Assembly: GCA_039914895.1 (NCBI GenBank)
Contig: JBDSOJ010000244.1
Coordinates: 1 to 39,527 of the forward strand
Reading direction: 5' to 3'
Source: Gaiellaceae bacterium
GTDB taxonomy: Bacteria > Actinomycetota > Thermoleophilia > Gaiellales > Gaiellaceae
Length of the DNA stretch: 39,527 nucleotides
Position numbers and translations under genes: made by a program. The notes under the pieces were generated by a model that saw only the letters and a program-made list of their open reading frames with translations, was not told the origin of the DNA and ran no database searches. Of this stretch, positions 1 through 9,179 are shown in pieces. Every line of letters begins with the position of its first letter. Position 1 is the first letter of the stretch.

Positions 1-57
1 CTCGTTCAGAGGCGTTCGGCGACTAACGTCGTCATGCCCGACTCGGGCTGTCACGCC

Positions 58-87
58 GGAGGTCGCGGATTCGAGTCCCGTCGCTCC
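58..87 (+). repeat. tRNA-like 3' fragment (variable loop, T-arm, acceptor 3' strand), left copy
   Basis: The sequence is GGAGGTCGCGGATTCGAGTCCCGTCGCTCC, and 28 of 30 nt match 26140-26169. The T-stem has an A:C mismatch. I could not pair a clean 5' acceptor strand upstream (the window starts at 1), so I do not call it a functional tRNA. Confidence 0.5.
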
Positions 88-323
88 TTCGGGGGAAGCG
101 ACGACGCGCTCGAGCGTCTCCTGCGGCGTGAACTTGCGACCGAGGGCGTAAAGATTCGTCCACAGCCACCCGTGCAGGGTCTAGTCGAGTAGCCGGAGGG
201 GAAGCGGCCCTGGCGACTTCCCTCCCTCGTCGACCAAGGCAACAATCCACACCTCAACGTGCCCATGAGTCTTGTCTGGTTGCCTATCTAGACGACAACA
301 TATGCGCTTTTGCAGCGGCTTTG

Positions 324-495
324 AGAGCGGATGATGGGACTCGAACCCACGACCTTCTGCATGGCAAATGTGCGCACGCGTTCGCGCCCGTTCGCACCCG
401 TTCGCTCAACAGCCTGTTTGCAGGGGATTGCGTCGGTGCGAGCGAACGTCAACGCACCTGAGCGAACCACGAGTGTGACCATTGTGACCACGCGG
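324..495 (-). repeat. att-like direct repeat, copy 1: 3' part of tRNA-Gly(GCC) (324-367) plus a conserved arm of about 128 nt
   Basis: 324-367 is identical to 39401-39444, which runs from the anticodon stem/loop to the 3' end of the intact tRNA. 368-495 aligns by eye at roughly 85-90% with 26681-26807. Shared elements are three CGTTCGC at exact 10-nt phasing (379, 389, 399), inverted GCGAACG copies, and GTGTGACCATTGTGACCAC at 473-491. Confidence 0.8.
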
Positions 496-509
496 CTTAG
501 GCTGAACTG

Positions 510-815
510 TCACTGAGTTCTCCCGATATTCGGGAGCTCGTTGAAGCTTTGAGGAGTGACGACGCCCGGCCGTGGCCGGACGACCCGCTGTTTCCGACCA
601 GCCGACGGTCGATCCGCCACGCCTGGCTCACCGATCTGATCGGATAGATCCATGCGGCCTCGCGGAGCACTGAGCGCGGCCTCGCCGGCGAGCGCGGCCG
701 CGGCGACTGCCGCGACGCTTGCGGCCGCGGGCCCAACGGGAGGCTCGGCGAAGCGCTGCGCGAGCAGCCAGCCCCAGACGAGGCCGAGCGCGATCCCGCC
801 CGCGAGCGGGATCAC
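510..815 (-). CDS. Hypothetical small protein, possibly membrane-associated
   Basis: A GTG-started ORF begins 29 nt downstream of the 844-1365 gene. The N-terminal half is hydrophobic (IPLAGGIALGLVWGWLLA, AAASVAAVAAAALAG) with GC3-rich codons. The C-terminal half has weak codon bias and runs through a hairpin (CTCCCG-ATATT-CGGGAG, 520-536), so its extent is uncertain. Confidence 0.3.
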   Translation of the reverse strand: MIPLAGGIALGLVWGWLLAQRFAEPPVGPAAASVAAVAAAALAGEAALSAPRGRMDLSDQIGEPGVADRPSAGRKQRVVRPRPGVVTPQSFNELPNIGRTQ

Positions 816-843
816 GCGCCGCGCCTCCGGGGCCTCGCGTCCA

Positions 844-1365
844 CTACTCGGCGAGCGACTTCAGCGCCTCGAGCTCCGCCAGCCACTCCTTTTGGGCCTG
901 CCCGAGCGCCGCGGTGCGCTCCTTCGCCTGCACCTCCTCGTCGGCGACCGCGGCGCGCGCTGCAACGAGATCGGCCCCAAGCGTCTGGTCCCTGTGCGCG
1001 GCCGCCTGCAACTCCTCACCGGCCATTGCCTCCTCGAGCGCCTTGCGCTCCACTGCACGCTCGCGTTCCAGCCGCTTTGCCGAGGTGACCAGCTCACCGA
1101 GCACGTCGGCGGCACCGGCGGCGAGCTGGGCGAAGCCCTGCGTCACGGTCTCACCGAGCGACAGCTCGCCCCGCGTCCGAACACCGCGCACGTCCGGAAC
1201 GGTCAGCACCGTCCCCGGCCGCAGCTTGTCCAGGTCGATGTCCGGGTTCGCGGCCCGCACGGCGGCCGCGACGTCCCGGGCGACGGCGGGCGAGACCCTG
1301 CCCGAGAACAGTCGGGGGCGCAAGGCTGCGAAGTTCTTCTCGGTGCCTACGACGACGACGGGCAT
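844..1365 (-). CDS. Hypothetical protein with a LysM/tail-protein-X-like N-terminus and a coiled-coil C-terminus; last clear gene of the operon
   Basis: Only the last 173 codons of track ORF 844..4344 look real. The ATG is at 1365, preceded by GGAGGA. The N-terminus carries ANPDIDLDKLRPGTVLTVP, and the C-terminal half is Ala/Glu/Leu/Lys heptad-like. The gene starts 24 nt after the stop of the 1047-aa gene. Confidence 0.6.
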   Translation of the reverse strand: MPVVVVGTEKNFAALRPRLFSGRVSPAVARDVAAAVRAANPDIDLDKLRPGTVLTVPDVRGVRTRGELSLGETVTQGFAQLAAGAADVLGELVTSAKRLERERAVERKALEEAMAGEELQAAAHRDQTLGADLVAARAAVADEEVQAKERTAALGQAQKEWLAELEALKSLAE

Positions 1366-1388
1366 CGTTTCCTCCAGTGTCGAGCGGG

Positions 1389-4300
1389 TCAGGGCACGAT
1401 CGGGTTCAGCTCGCTCCACGGTCCGGGCAGCCCGGCGCCCGGCCCGCCGAGGTGGGTGCCGCCGCCGGTCAGGTTGCCGACCGCCGCGAAGCGGTTCTCG
1501 ATGGTCTCCAGGACGAGCATGGCCTTGCCGCCCCGGATCCGGTTCGACGAGGCGATGATCGACGAGCTGCCGAGGACGAAGGCGCTTTGCTCCCCCTGCT
1601 CGCCGTGGGTGCACTGGTTCGCCTCGGCGACGATGTCGCCGCGCACGCGGATCAGGCAGGTGGGCCGGCTGCCGCCGCCGGCCAGCGTGTTGGACGCGAC
1701 CGTCACGTGGTCGCCCCGTGCAGGCGCCGCGAATCCCCAGAGCCCGTTGAGGACGAACGCGTTCTCGCCCACCGGCACGACGGCCTTGCCGGCGGCGACG
1801 CGCACGAGCTCCCGGCCGGCCGAGTGGACGAGGAGCGCGTACCAGTCGCCCTGGGTCGGGAAGGCGTCCCCGGTCGCAAAGCGAACGGAGTTGCCGGTCA
1901 GCGCGACCCGGTCGAACGGCCCGACCACGACCACGCCTGCTGCGACCCCGAGGAAGCCGTCCTGCGGCCCGATCTCGGCCACGACGTTGCCGTCGATGCG
2001 GACGTCGCCGGAGGCGGTCACCAGGATGCCTGCGCGGACGCGGCCCTGGGCGAGCCTGCGGCCGACCCGCTGGACGGTGTTGCCGAGCACGACGGCCGAG
2101 CCCGCCCGGGAGAGCGCGATCCCGATCGCGGAATCGGTGACGTCCTCCGCCATCGCGACGTCGAACAGCTCGTTGTTGTCGACGGCGACCCGCTCGGCCG
2201 CTCCCTGGCCCTCGATCGCGATCCCGTCGCCGACGTCGGTGAGGACGTTCTGCTTGACCATGAACGTCCGCACGGGCGTTCGCAGTGCGATCCCGGTTCC
2301 GGAGCGGTCGTGGACGCGATTGCCCGTGATGCGCACATGCCCGGGCGCCGCCTGGATGCCGCCCGCCGCGACGACGATCCCGTCGGAGCCGCTTCCCCCG
2401 CCGAAGCGGTTGACGACGTTCGACTCGACGGTGGCGTCGGAGCCGACGACGATCCCCGCGCCGGACGTCGCCACCTTGTTGCCGGCGACGTCGAGCGTGC
2501 CGCCCGGCGCGAGCACCCCGGTCGCGACGATCCCGCCGCTGCGGCCGGCGAGCACCTCGTTGCCCGTCACCCGGCACGAATAGAGGTAGGCGGCGCGGCC
2601 GCCGAGGTCGATCCCCCGCTCCAGCCCGAAGACCACGTTGTCCTCGACGCGGAGCCCCGCCGCAAACAGGCCGATCTTGTCGCCCGCACCGGCATCGATG
2701 GCGGTGCGGCCGATCAGGACGTTCCGTCGCAGCGTCACGAGCAGGCCCACGCCGCCCAGCTCGATCGCCGAGCCGCCCGTCTCCGTCGAGCCGTACGAGA
2801 GGACAACGAGGTCGTTCACGCTCGTCTTGACGACGCTGCGCAGGCGGACGGCCGCCGGCGTCCCGACGCCGCTCACGATCGACATGCTCTCCACCGCAAC
2901 GGCGAACGAGCGCGTGACGGTGAGCGCGGTGCCGCGCGCGACGAGGACCGTAGCCGGCCCCTGGCCGCGGAGACGCAGCGAGCGAGCGCCGTCGACCGCG
3001 ATCCCGGCGTCGACGTCGTAGACGCCCGCCGCCAGGCAGACCGTGCCGCCGACCGCTTTGACCTGGTCGACGGCCGCCTGGATCGTCAGCGCGCCGGAGG
3101 CGTGAGTCTCGGGCGTGACGCAGACCGTGCAGTCGCAACCCTCGTCCCCGGTCGCGAGCGGCGGCCAGAGGCGCCGGCAGTCGGTCTCCGCGTCGGGGAA
3201 GGTCACGAGCCCGAGTCGCGCATAGTGGTGGTGCACGCCGAGCGGCGGCTCGGCGTCGAGCAGCTCCACCGACGTGTCCGCCGTGCGGGCGGCGAACACC
3301 CAGTGGTCGCCGGCGCGGAACAGGCCGCCCGTCGACGCGACCGCGAACGACCCGACGATCCCGTGCTCGAGGACGACCTGCGTCGACGCGGCCGAGGGCA
3401 CCGTGATCAGGCCGGTCGTGCCCTGGTCGAGGTCGACGAGCGTCGCTCCGGCACCGCTCTTGACGACGCCCGACTGATCCCAGCGCCGGACGCGCAGGTG
3501 CCGCGCGGCCGCGGCGGCGGCATTCGCCGGCTGGAGATCGGCCGGGAGCGCGCCGGTGAACGCGATCGTGCGGGCCGCATCGTCGACGGTGACCTTGCGC
3601 AGCACGCCCGGCTTGCCGTCGAGCTCGTAATGGTCGTCCAGGATCTCGACCCAGTCGCCGGTCGACACGCGCAGCACATCGTCGCGGCCCACGGAGGCCA
3701 GGCGCAGCAGCGTCGAGGACACCATCTCGACCACCGGCTGCGCCACCGAGCCGTTGTCCCGGGACCACTTGAAGGTTGCCGTGCCCGGCGCGCCGCCCTC
3801 GTGGATCTCGACACGGTAAGCCTGGTTCTCGAGCCCTCGGTAGCCGGCGCTCGGCGGCAGCTCGCAGGGATCCTCGTCGTCCGCGACCTGGACCGTGTCC
3901 GTCGTCAGCCGGCCCGCCGACGGTGCGATCTCGTCGAGCCAGCCGGGGATGTCCTCGTCGTCGGAGGCACAGGTCGCCCCACCCACGTTCGGCAGGAGCC
4001 GCACCTGCCAGGCCGTCTGCAGGCGCGCGGTGGTGTCGACCCCGACTGCGACCTCGACGAGATCCGGAGCCTCGAGGTGCGTGACCTCGCGCTGCCACAC
4101 GTCGAGGTAAACGAGGTGCGGGCCCCCGCCGGGCAGCGATGCGGGCGTCTTCCAGTAGGGCTGCTGGTCGTAGGGGGTGTCGACAGTGCCGGTCTGCTCG
4201 TGGAGCAGCGGGTCGAAGCCGAGCTCGGGGAGCCCGTGGTTCTCCGCGAGCAGCCCGTCGACGTACATGCGCCCGCGGCCGATCGTCAGCTGGCCGCCGG

Positions 4301-4532
4301 AGGCCGAGACGCGAAACGCGTCGGGTGTCTGCCGGGGCACCCACGCGACTCCCTGGTGATCGGGATCGGGGCCTAAGGAGGTCAGGTCGCTGGTCTCGGC
4401 GCGCAGCCGGCGGTCGAGCATCGCCACGTACTCGTTGAAGTCGCCGTCGAGCAGCAACCTGCCCTGCTGCAGGACCACGCCCGCGAAGTCGCGGAGCGGG
4501 TCGAACCTCACCCGGCTGACGTCGGCACCCAT
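1389..4532 (-). CDS. DUF6519-like N-domain fused to a right-handed parallel beta-helix (PbH1 repeats); fibre/tailspike-like distal component
   Basis: The N-terminus MGADVSRVRFDPLRDFAGVVLQQGRLLLDGDFNE matches my memory of the DUF6519 start motif. The C-terminal half has more than 10 repeats of the NxVxG...GIxL type (VEDNVVFG, VTGNEVLAG, VAGNKVATSG, ITGNRVHD, VKQNVLTD, VLGNTVQR, IDGNVVAE, LTGNSVRF). GAAGGAGGA lies upstream of the ATG at 4532. Confidence 0.8.
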   Translation of the reverse strand: MGADVSRVRFDPLRDFAGVVLQQGRLLLDGDFNEYVAMLDRRLRAETSDLTSLGPDPDHQGVAWVPRQTPDAFRVSASGGQLTIGRGRMYVDGLLAENHGLPELGFDPLLHEQTGTVDTPYDQQPYWKTPASLPGGGPHLVYLDVWQREVTHLEAPDLVEVAVGVDTTARLQTAWQVRLLPNVGGATCASDDEDIPGWLDEIAPSAGRLTTDTVQVADDEDPCELPPSAGYRGLENQAYRVEIHEGGAPGTATFKWSRDNGSVAQPVVEMVSSTLLRLASVGRDDVLRVSTGDWVEILDDHYELDGKPGVLRKVTVDDAARTIAFTGALPADLQPANAAAAAARHLRVRRWDQSGVVKSGAGATLVDLDQGTTGLITVPSAASTQVVLEHGIVGSFAVASTGGLFRAGDHWVFAARTADTSVELLDAEPPLGVHHHYARLGLVTFPDAETDCRRLWPPLATGDEGCDCTVCVTPETHASGALTIQAAVDQVKAVGGTVCLAAGVYDVDAGIAVDGARSLRLRGQGPATVLVARGTALTVTRSFAVAVESMSIVSGVGTPAAVRLRSVVKTSVNDLVVLSYGSTETGGSAIELGGVGLLVTLRRNVLIGRTAIDAGAGDKIGLFAAGLRVEDNVVFGLERGIDLGGRAAYLYSCRVTGNEVLAGRSGGIVATGVLAPGGTLDVAGNKVATSGAGIVVGSDATVESNVVNRFGGGSGSDGIVVAAGGIQAAPGHVRITGNRVHDRSGTGIALRTPVRTFMVKQNVLTDVGDGIAIEGQGAAERVAVDNNELFDVAMAEDVTDSAIGIALSRAGSAVVLGNTVQRVGRRLAQGRVRAGILVTASGDVRIDGNVVAEIGPQDGFLGVAAGVVVVGPFDRVALTGNSVRFATGDAFPTQGDWYALLVHSAGRELVRVAAGKAVVPVGENAFVLNGLWGFAAPARGDHVTVASNTLAGGGSRPTCLIRVRGDIVAEANQCTHGEQGEQSAFVLGSSSIIASSNRIRGGKAMLVLETIENRFAAVGNLTGGGTHLGGPGAGLPGPWSELNPIVP

Positions 4533-4554
4533 GTCCGTCCTCCTTCTCGATCCG

Positions 4555-6693
4555 TCATGTGGCGTAGAAGAGCCCGGCTTCGAGCCCGTAGCGGAGGTAT
4601 TCGTCGAGACGCACGCGCAGATTGGTCTCGCGCTGCGGTTGGTGCAGCTCGTGCGTCACGCCCAGCTCGCTCTCGTCGCTCGCCCCCGTGCGAACGGCCG
4701 GGTGGGTCGCGCGCCGCAGTTGCGCGTAGCCCGGATCGCCGTAGCGGAGCGATGTGTGGTGCGGCCGGTGGGCCGGATTCGCCCCCGCGCACTCGAAGCG
4801 CCGCGGCGTTCGGGAGCCCGGCGGCACGAACGAGAAGCGGATGCAGCCGACCTGCCGGCGCTCCGCCCAGACTGGCGCGGGCCACGGGTCGGCGGCCTCC
4901 GCGCGGCGCGCGAGCAGGAGCGAGTCGGTCACGTCGAGGCGCTGGGCGTGCACCTTGCCGATCACCGTGGAGGCGTCGAGCGTGAGGTGGCCCGCCGGAG
5001 TCAGTCCGTCGCCTGTCTTGCGGTCGGCCGCGTTCGAGACGGTGCGCAGTGCGCCTCCGCCCGGCGCCGCCCGGCCGCAGAGCGCGATCTCGTCCACGAC
5101 GCAGGCGTCGAGGACCGAGTCGTTGGCACGCACCTCGGTCCCCTCGACCGCCACGATCGGGCCGACGATGCAGTGGTCGAGGAGCACGGACGCGAACGGG
5201 TGGAGCACGATCAGGCTCGCACTCCCGATCGACGCCGGCTCGCCGGCGGCGGTGCGGGTGAGCCCCGGGACGAGCGTGCAGTGGCGCAGCACCAGCGTGC
5301 GCGGCCGCGCGTCCGCCGCTTCCTCGAGCACGAGCGGCGCGCCCGCAAGCAGGAGCCCGTTCAGAACGACCGTAGTGTCCGGCTCCATGGCCAGCTTGAC
5401 CTCGCCTGACGAGCGCGACAGCAGCGGACGCGCGCGGTTGAGCGAGCGCACCGTCAGCGCGCCGTCAGTCGCGAAGTTCCCGGGAGTGGTGACGGCGATC
5501 GCGGCCGGCGCGCCGTAGTGCCTGTTGTCGAGGATCTCGACGGCGCCCCCGCCGGCAACCGAGCCGAGCAGCGGGCCGAGCGCCTGGCCGCCCGAGGCGG
5601 GAACCACCTTGTCGACCTCGTCCAGCGTGGCCGCGCGGTCGTATCCGCCGCCGCCGACGGCGAGGGCCGAGCCGTAATGGAAGGTCGCGAGCCGCGTCTC
5701 CCCGGCAGCCGGCGCCGCGGCAAAGGCCACGCGTCCGAGCACCGGGTCGACGGCGACATGCGTGTCCCCCGGCTGCGGCTCGTGCGCCCAGGTGCCCGGC
5801 GGCTGGCTCGGGTCGTCGGAGAGGTTGCAGACGCGGATCTTGTTGCCGACGGGGTCGATGCCGGCGCCCGTCTCGAGCTCGAGCAGCAGCGAGCGGCCGT
5901 GGCCGTAGTAGTCGGCGAGATGCGCCTTCAGCCACCGGCGCAGCAGCAGCAGCGGGACGTCGAACGGCTCCGCGACGTGGGTGATCTCCTGCTCGGTGCG
6001 CGGCGCCCCGAACAGCTGCTTGTCGGTGCCGAGCGGGTCGAGCCGGTAGCGCCGTCCGGACGCATCGGCCTCGACGAGCGGAGAGCGGGCGAACCGCAGC
6101 GCCTGCGCCCGCCAGAGGAAGATGCCGACGTTCGGGATGTTGTAGCGGCCCGAGCGGGACGTCACCCGCCGTATCTCGGCCGTGTGGGCGAAGCCGTCGA
6201 AGGCGCCCGCCTGGAAGCCGCCGCCCAGCTCGAGCCGGACCGCGTCTCTGAGCTCGGCGGTCGCGGCAGCGTGGCCCCGGATGTGGTTCATGTACTGGGT
6301 GGTCGCGAGCAGCTCGAAGAACTCGACGGCGCGGGCAGGCCAGCCGGTCACGTCGCGGGCCAACTGCTCGAGCACGGAGACGGTGCCCTTGCGACGCCGG
6401 TAGCGGATCGTGTTCGCGACCTCCGCGCGCGGCGAGGCGACACGCGGCACGACCCCGTGCAGGGTCCGGTAGCCGATCAGGTCGCCGATGTACGGCGCCA
6501 CCCAGTCGGCGCAGGTCTCGATGAACTGGTCGTCGTACTGCTGCTCGAGGCTCTCCGCGAGCGCGTTGACCTGGGCGGCGACGACGTCGAGCAGCTCGCG
6601 CAGGGCGCCGCCCTCCTCCGTGTCCCCGATCCGGTAGACCGCCGGCAGGAGCCGGTAGAGCTCCTCCGTCGTGTAGAGGCCCGAGCTACTCAC
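4555..6693 (-). CDS. Phage tail protein I (P2 gpI)-like baseplate protein
   Basis: The N-terminus LYRLLPAVYRIGDTEEGGALRELLDVVAAQVNALAESLEQQYDDQFIETCADWVAPYIGDLIGY is typical of the gpI-like tail protein family. The GTG start at 6693 overlaps the upstream stop (GTGA). Confidence 0.75.
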   Translation of the reverse strand: MSSSGLYTTEELYRLLPAVYRIGDTEEGGALRELLDVVAAQVNALAESLEQQYDDQFIETCADWVAPYIGDLIGYRTLHGVVPRVASPRAEVANTIRYRRRKGTVSVLEQLARDVTGWPARAVEFFELLATTQYMNHIRGHAAATAELRDAVRLELGGGFQAGAFDGFAHTAEIRRVTSRSGRYNIPNVGIFLWRAQALRFARSPLVEADASGRRYRLDPLGTDKQLFGAPRTEQEITHVAEPFDVPLLLLRRWLKAHLADYYGHGRSLLLELETGAGIDPVGNKIRVCNLSDDPSQPPGTWAHEPQPGDTHVAVDPVLGRVAFAAAPAAGETRLATFHYGSALAVGGGGYDRAATLDEVDKVVPASGGQALGPLLGSVAGGGAVEILDNRHYGAPAAIAVTTPGNFATDGALTVRSLNRARPLLSRSSGEVKLAMEPDTTVVLNGLLLAGAPLVLEEAADARPRTLVLRHCTLVPGLTRTAAGEPASIGSASLIVLHPFASVLLDHCIVGPIVAVEGTEVRANDSVLDACVVDEIALCGRAAPGGGALRTVSNAADRKTGDGLTPAGHLTLDASTVIGKVHAQRLDVTDSLLLARRAEAADPWPAPVWAERRQVGCIRFSFVPPGSRTPRRFECAGANPAHRPHHTSLRYGDPGYAQLRRATHPAVRTGASDESELGVTHELHQPQRETNLRVRLDEYLRYGLEAGLFYAT

Positions 6694-9179
6694 GGCAGCG
6701 CCTCGAGCCAGTCGAGCGGCGCCGGGTCGAGCAGCAGCAGCCCGGCGGGGACGGGGACGCCGCCGGCGCCGACCGCGGGCTGCTGGGCGAGCAGCCTCTC
6801 GGCGAGACCGGGTGTGGCGCCCGCGTAGAGCCGGTCGATGTCCACCGCCAGCACGCCTCGCACGGTGTGCGCCGCCGCCGTCACCTCGGAGCGGAACACG
6901 GGCTCGACGGAGCCGCGCGCCTCGAAGGAATACGCGGCCCGCAGGGCGCCCTCGACGCCGGTCAGCACGACCGCCTGCTCGTAAGCGGGATCGACCGCCA
7001 CCCTGAGCGCGAGCCGGAAGGTCGCGAGCTCAGCCTCGAGCACCGCCACCTGGACGCGAGGATCTCCGTGGGCGCGCAACGTCTCGGCGAGGTCGTCGAG
7101 TCGGTCCGCGGCCGTCTGACCCGATGCGCCGGACAGCGCGACGGTGACGACGACCGTCCTGCCGCCGCGGAGGGGGAGCACGGCGGCGTGCGCCTTCGCC
7201 ACTCCGGCGAAGGCGCGGGCGAAGTCCTCGTAGTCGAGCAGGGACACGGCGCGACCGAGCGTCCGCATCGCCAGCGGGATCGACGCGCGTGCGGACTCCT
7301 CCCCCTCGGGGTCGACGCCGCCGCCGGCCGCCAGCGGGTTGCTCACGCCCTTCGCGCCGAGCGGACGGTCGAGCAGCTGCGCGAGCGCGCCCGCGCCGAC
7401 GTTCCCGGCCGCGCCCAGCCCCTTTCGGTACCGAGCCCTGACGTTGGTGCTCCCGGTCGGCAGCCTGGCGCCCCGCTCCCCGTCGCCGAACTGCACGTAG
7501 GTCGCGCCCTGCTCGTCCGTGCGGACGGCGTAGGCCCGGTCACGAGGGCCGGCGCCGTAGAGCGTCGGCAGCTCGTCCCAGCGGACGTCGTTGACGCGCA
7601 CCTCGAGGGCCGAGTCGGCACCCGACGGATCGGTGGACTGGGTGTACGTGAGCGGGTCGTGGGCGAGCGCGAAGCGCTGGAAGGCCGCCGCGGCGCGGCC
7701 GGAGCCGAGCAGCTGCCGCACCGTCTCGCCGTGCGTGGCCAGAGCCACGTTGCCGTGCACGACGACGGTCGTGCGGTCGTATGCCGTCGCGAGATCGTCA
7801 GCGAGGACAAGGCGCCAGCGGCCGGCGACCTTCTGCACCTGGTCGAGCACGCCGGCCTCGGCGTGCTCCTCGCCCGACGCGGTGAGTCCACGGACGAGCA
7901 GGCGACGACCCGGGCGCATCGCCGAGACGTCGACGTCGACCTCGACGAAGCCGCCCTCGACGTCGCTCTCGTCCGGCGCCTCGGCGAGCGTCAGCGGCTC
8001 GCTGACGGCAAGAACGGTGGTCTCGCGCACCTCGACGTCGAACTCGTCGTAGTTCTCGCCGGCTTCGAGCGTCAGGCGCGTGACCTTGCCGGAGGTCGCA
8101 AACTCGGCCCGGGAGAGCTCGTCGACCAGCCTCACGCGCCAGAGCTCGCGGTAGGCCGGCGTCGACAGCACGATCCAGGAGCCCGGCACGACGTCCGGAT
8201 GCGACCCGTCCAGGTCGACGGTGGCCGCGAGCGGCCCGATCTTGTAGAGCGGCCACTCGTCGTCCTTCAAGTCTCCTTCCGGATAGTTCTCGCGGAAGTC
8301 CTCGGACATCGAGAGCCACATCGGCGCGTTGTGCCCGAAGATGTTGACGCGCTTGCGCAGCACGAACGGCTCCGGCGGGTTGGCGGGCTCGACGTAGGGG
8401 TCGAGCGAACCGAGCGGCTCGGCCCACCGCACCAGGGTTCGCTCGGCGGCGGCGTCGACCTCGACCTCGCTGAGCAGCCGGAGATCCCAGTGCTCGTTCA
8501 GGACGTCGGAGCCGGCGAGCAGGAAGGCGTCGCCGGGCTTCAGGTTGAGCGCCGCGCCCTGGAGGTAGGCGTGGGTGGCGCCGAGGCCCGGCACGAACGG
8601 CTTCGTCAGCGAGGCTGCAAGCGCGTTCCACTCGGGCCGCGCCTCGACCGTCTCCACGGTCTCGAAGGTCTGCGGCTGCTCGCCGGGGCCGGGGATGCTC
8701 TGCACGCGCAGCCCCGGCTCCAGTACGACCTCGGCCGGGGTCACCGGCGGAGCGGTACCCGGGTCTCGCGACAATCCAGGAGGAACCCCGGGCGGCGGCT
8801 CGAGAGCGAAGGCCAGGTGCGTCTCGGCCGCGACTCCCGGCCGCAGCTGGTAGCCGATCAGCCGTCCGAGCTCCTGGAGCGAGATCCGTTCTCGAGCGGT
8901 GCGCAGGTAGGACTCCTGCGCGAGGCGCTCGCTGTAGAAGGTGAGCACGTCGGCCGTGACCGCCCAGGAATCGAGCAGCGCGATCGAGAAGTCGTCGCGC
9001 TCGCGGGTGCCGAGTCCGGCGAGCCGCGGCCGGGCCGAGTGGGTCAGCCCGGCGAGCAGGGACGCGAGGAAGTCCGGGTGCGTCCCGATCCGGTAGCCGA
9101 TCGCCGAGAGCCCCGGGCGGTTCCGCACCTCGAGCGGGGTGCGCTCCGTGACGCCCGAGCAGCAGCCGCAGGCGCTCAC
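6690..9179 (-). CDS. Baseplate J-like (putative baseplate assembly) protein, paralog 2
   Basis: The real start is the GTG at 9179, overlapping the upstream TGA; the track ORF extends to 9677. The N-terminus is SACGCCSGVTERTPLEVRNRPGLSAIGYRIGTHPDF. The C-terminal part carries the baseplate-J signature GNVGAGALAQLL...NPLAAGGGVDPEGEESAR...GRAVSLLDYEDFA. Confidence 0.8.
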   Translation of the reverse strand: MSACGCCSGVTERTPLEVRNRPGLSAIGYRIGTHPDFLASLLAGLTHSARPRLAGLGTRERDDFSIALLDSWAVTADVLTFYSERLAQESYLRTARERISLQELGRLIGYQLRPGVAAETHLAFALEPPPGVPPGLSRDPGTAPPVTPAEVVLEPGLRVQSIPGPGEQPQTFETVETVEARPEWNALAASLTKPFVPGLGATHAYLQGAALNLKPGDAFLLAGSDVLNEHWDLRLLSEVEVDAAAERTLVRWAEPLGSLDPYVEPANPPEPFVLRKRVNIFGHNAPMWLSMSEDFRENYPEGDLKDDEWPLYKIGPLAATVDLDGSHPDVVPGSWIVLSTPAYRELWRVRLVDELSRAEFATSGKVTRLTLEAGENYDEFDVEVRETTVLAVSEPLTLAEAPDESDVEGGFVEVDVDVSAMRPGRRLLVRGLTASGEEHAEAGVLDQVQKVAGRWRLVLADDLATAYDRTTVVVHGNVALATHGETVRQLLGSGRAAAAFQRFALAHDPLTYTQSTDPSGADSALEVRVNDVRWDELPTLYGAGPRDRAYAVRTDEQGATYVQFGDGERGARLPTGSTNVRARYRKGLGAAGNVGAGALAQLLDRPLGAKGVSNPLAAGGGVDPEGEESARASIPLAMRTLGRAVSLLDYEDFARAFAGVAKAHAAVLPLRGGRTVVVTVALSGASGQTAADRLDDLAETLRAHGDPRVQVAVLEAELATFRLALRVAVDPAYEQAVVLTGVEGALRAAYSFEARGSVEPVFRSEVTAAAHTVRGVLAVDIDRLYAGATPGLAERLLAQQPAVGAGGVPVPAGLLLLDPAPLDWLEALP

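Noticed and set aside
1-90. The window start as the 3' end of a tmRNA or a long-variable-arm tRNA
   Set aside because: The acceptor strand TCGCTCC could pair with a GGGGCGA-type 5' end including a G:U at position 3. However, the T-stem has an A:C mismatch, the next bases are TTC rather than ACCA, and the region before it folds only into a triloop hairpin. The window is truncated, so I leave it as a fragment.
324-495. The partial tRNA-Gly copies as functional tRNAs, or as a tRNA split by a group I intron
   Set aside because: No 5' half (GCGGATGTAGCTCAG...) follows any of the three copies on the minus strand within several hundred nt. Identity to the real tRNA stops in the anticodon stem/loop, which is the expected att-core boundary.
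652-4376. Long plus-strand ORFs (652..2583, 719..1558, 1377..4376) and the N-terminal 990 aa or so of minus-strand ORF 844..4344
   Set aside because: They are Arg/Pro/Ala/Gly-rich low-complexity translations lying antisense to, or out of frame with, the well-supported 1047-aa gene. These are typical GC-driven open frames, and only the last 173 codons of 844..4344 look real.
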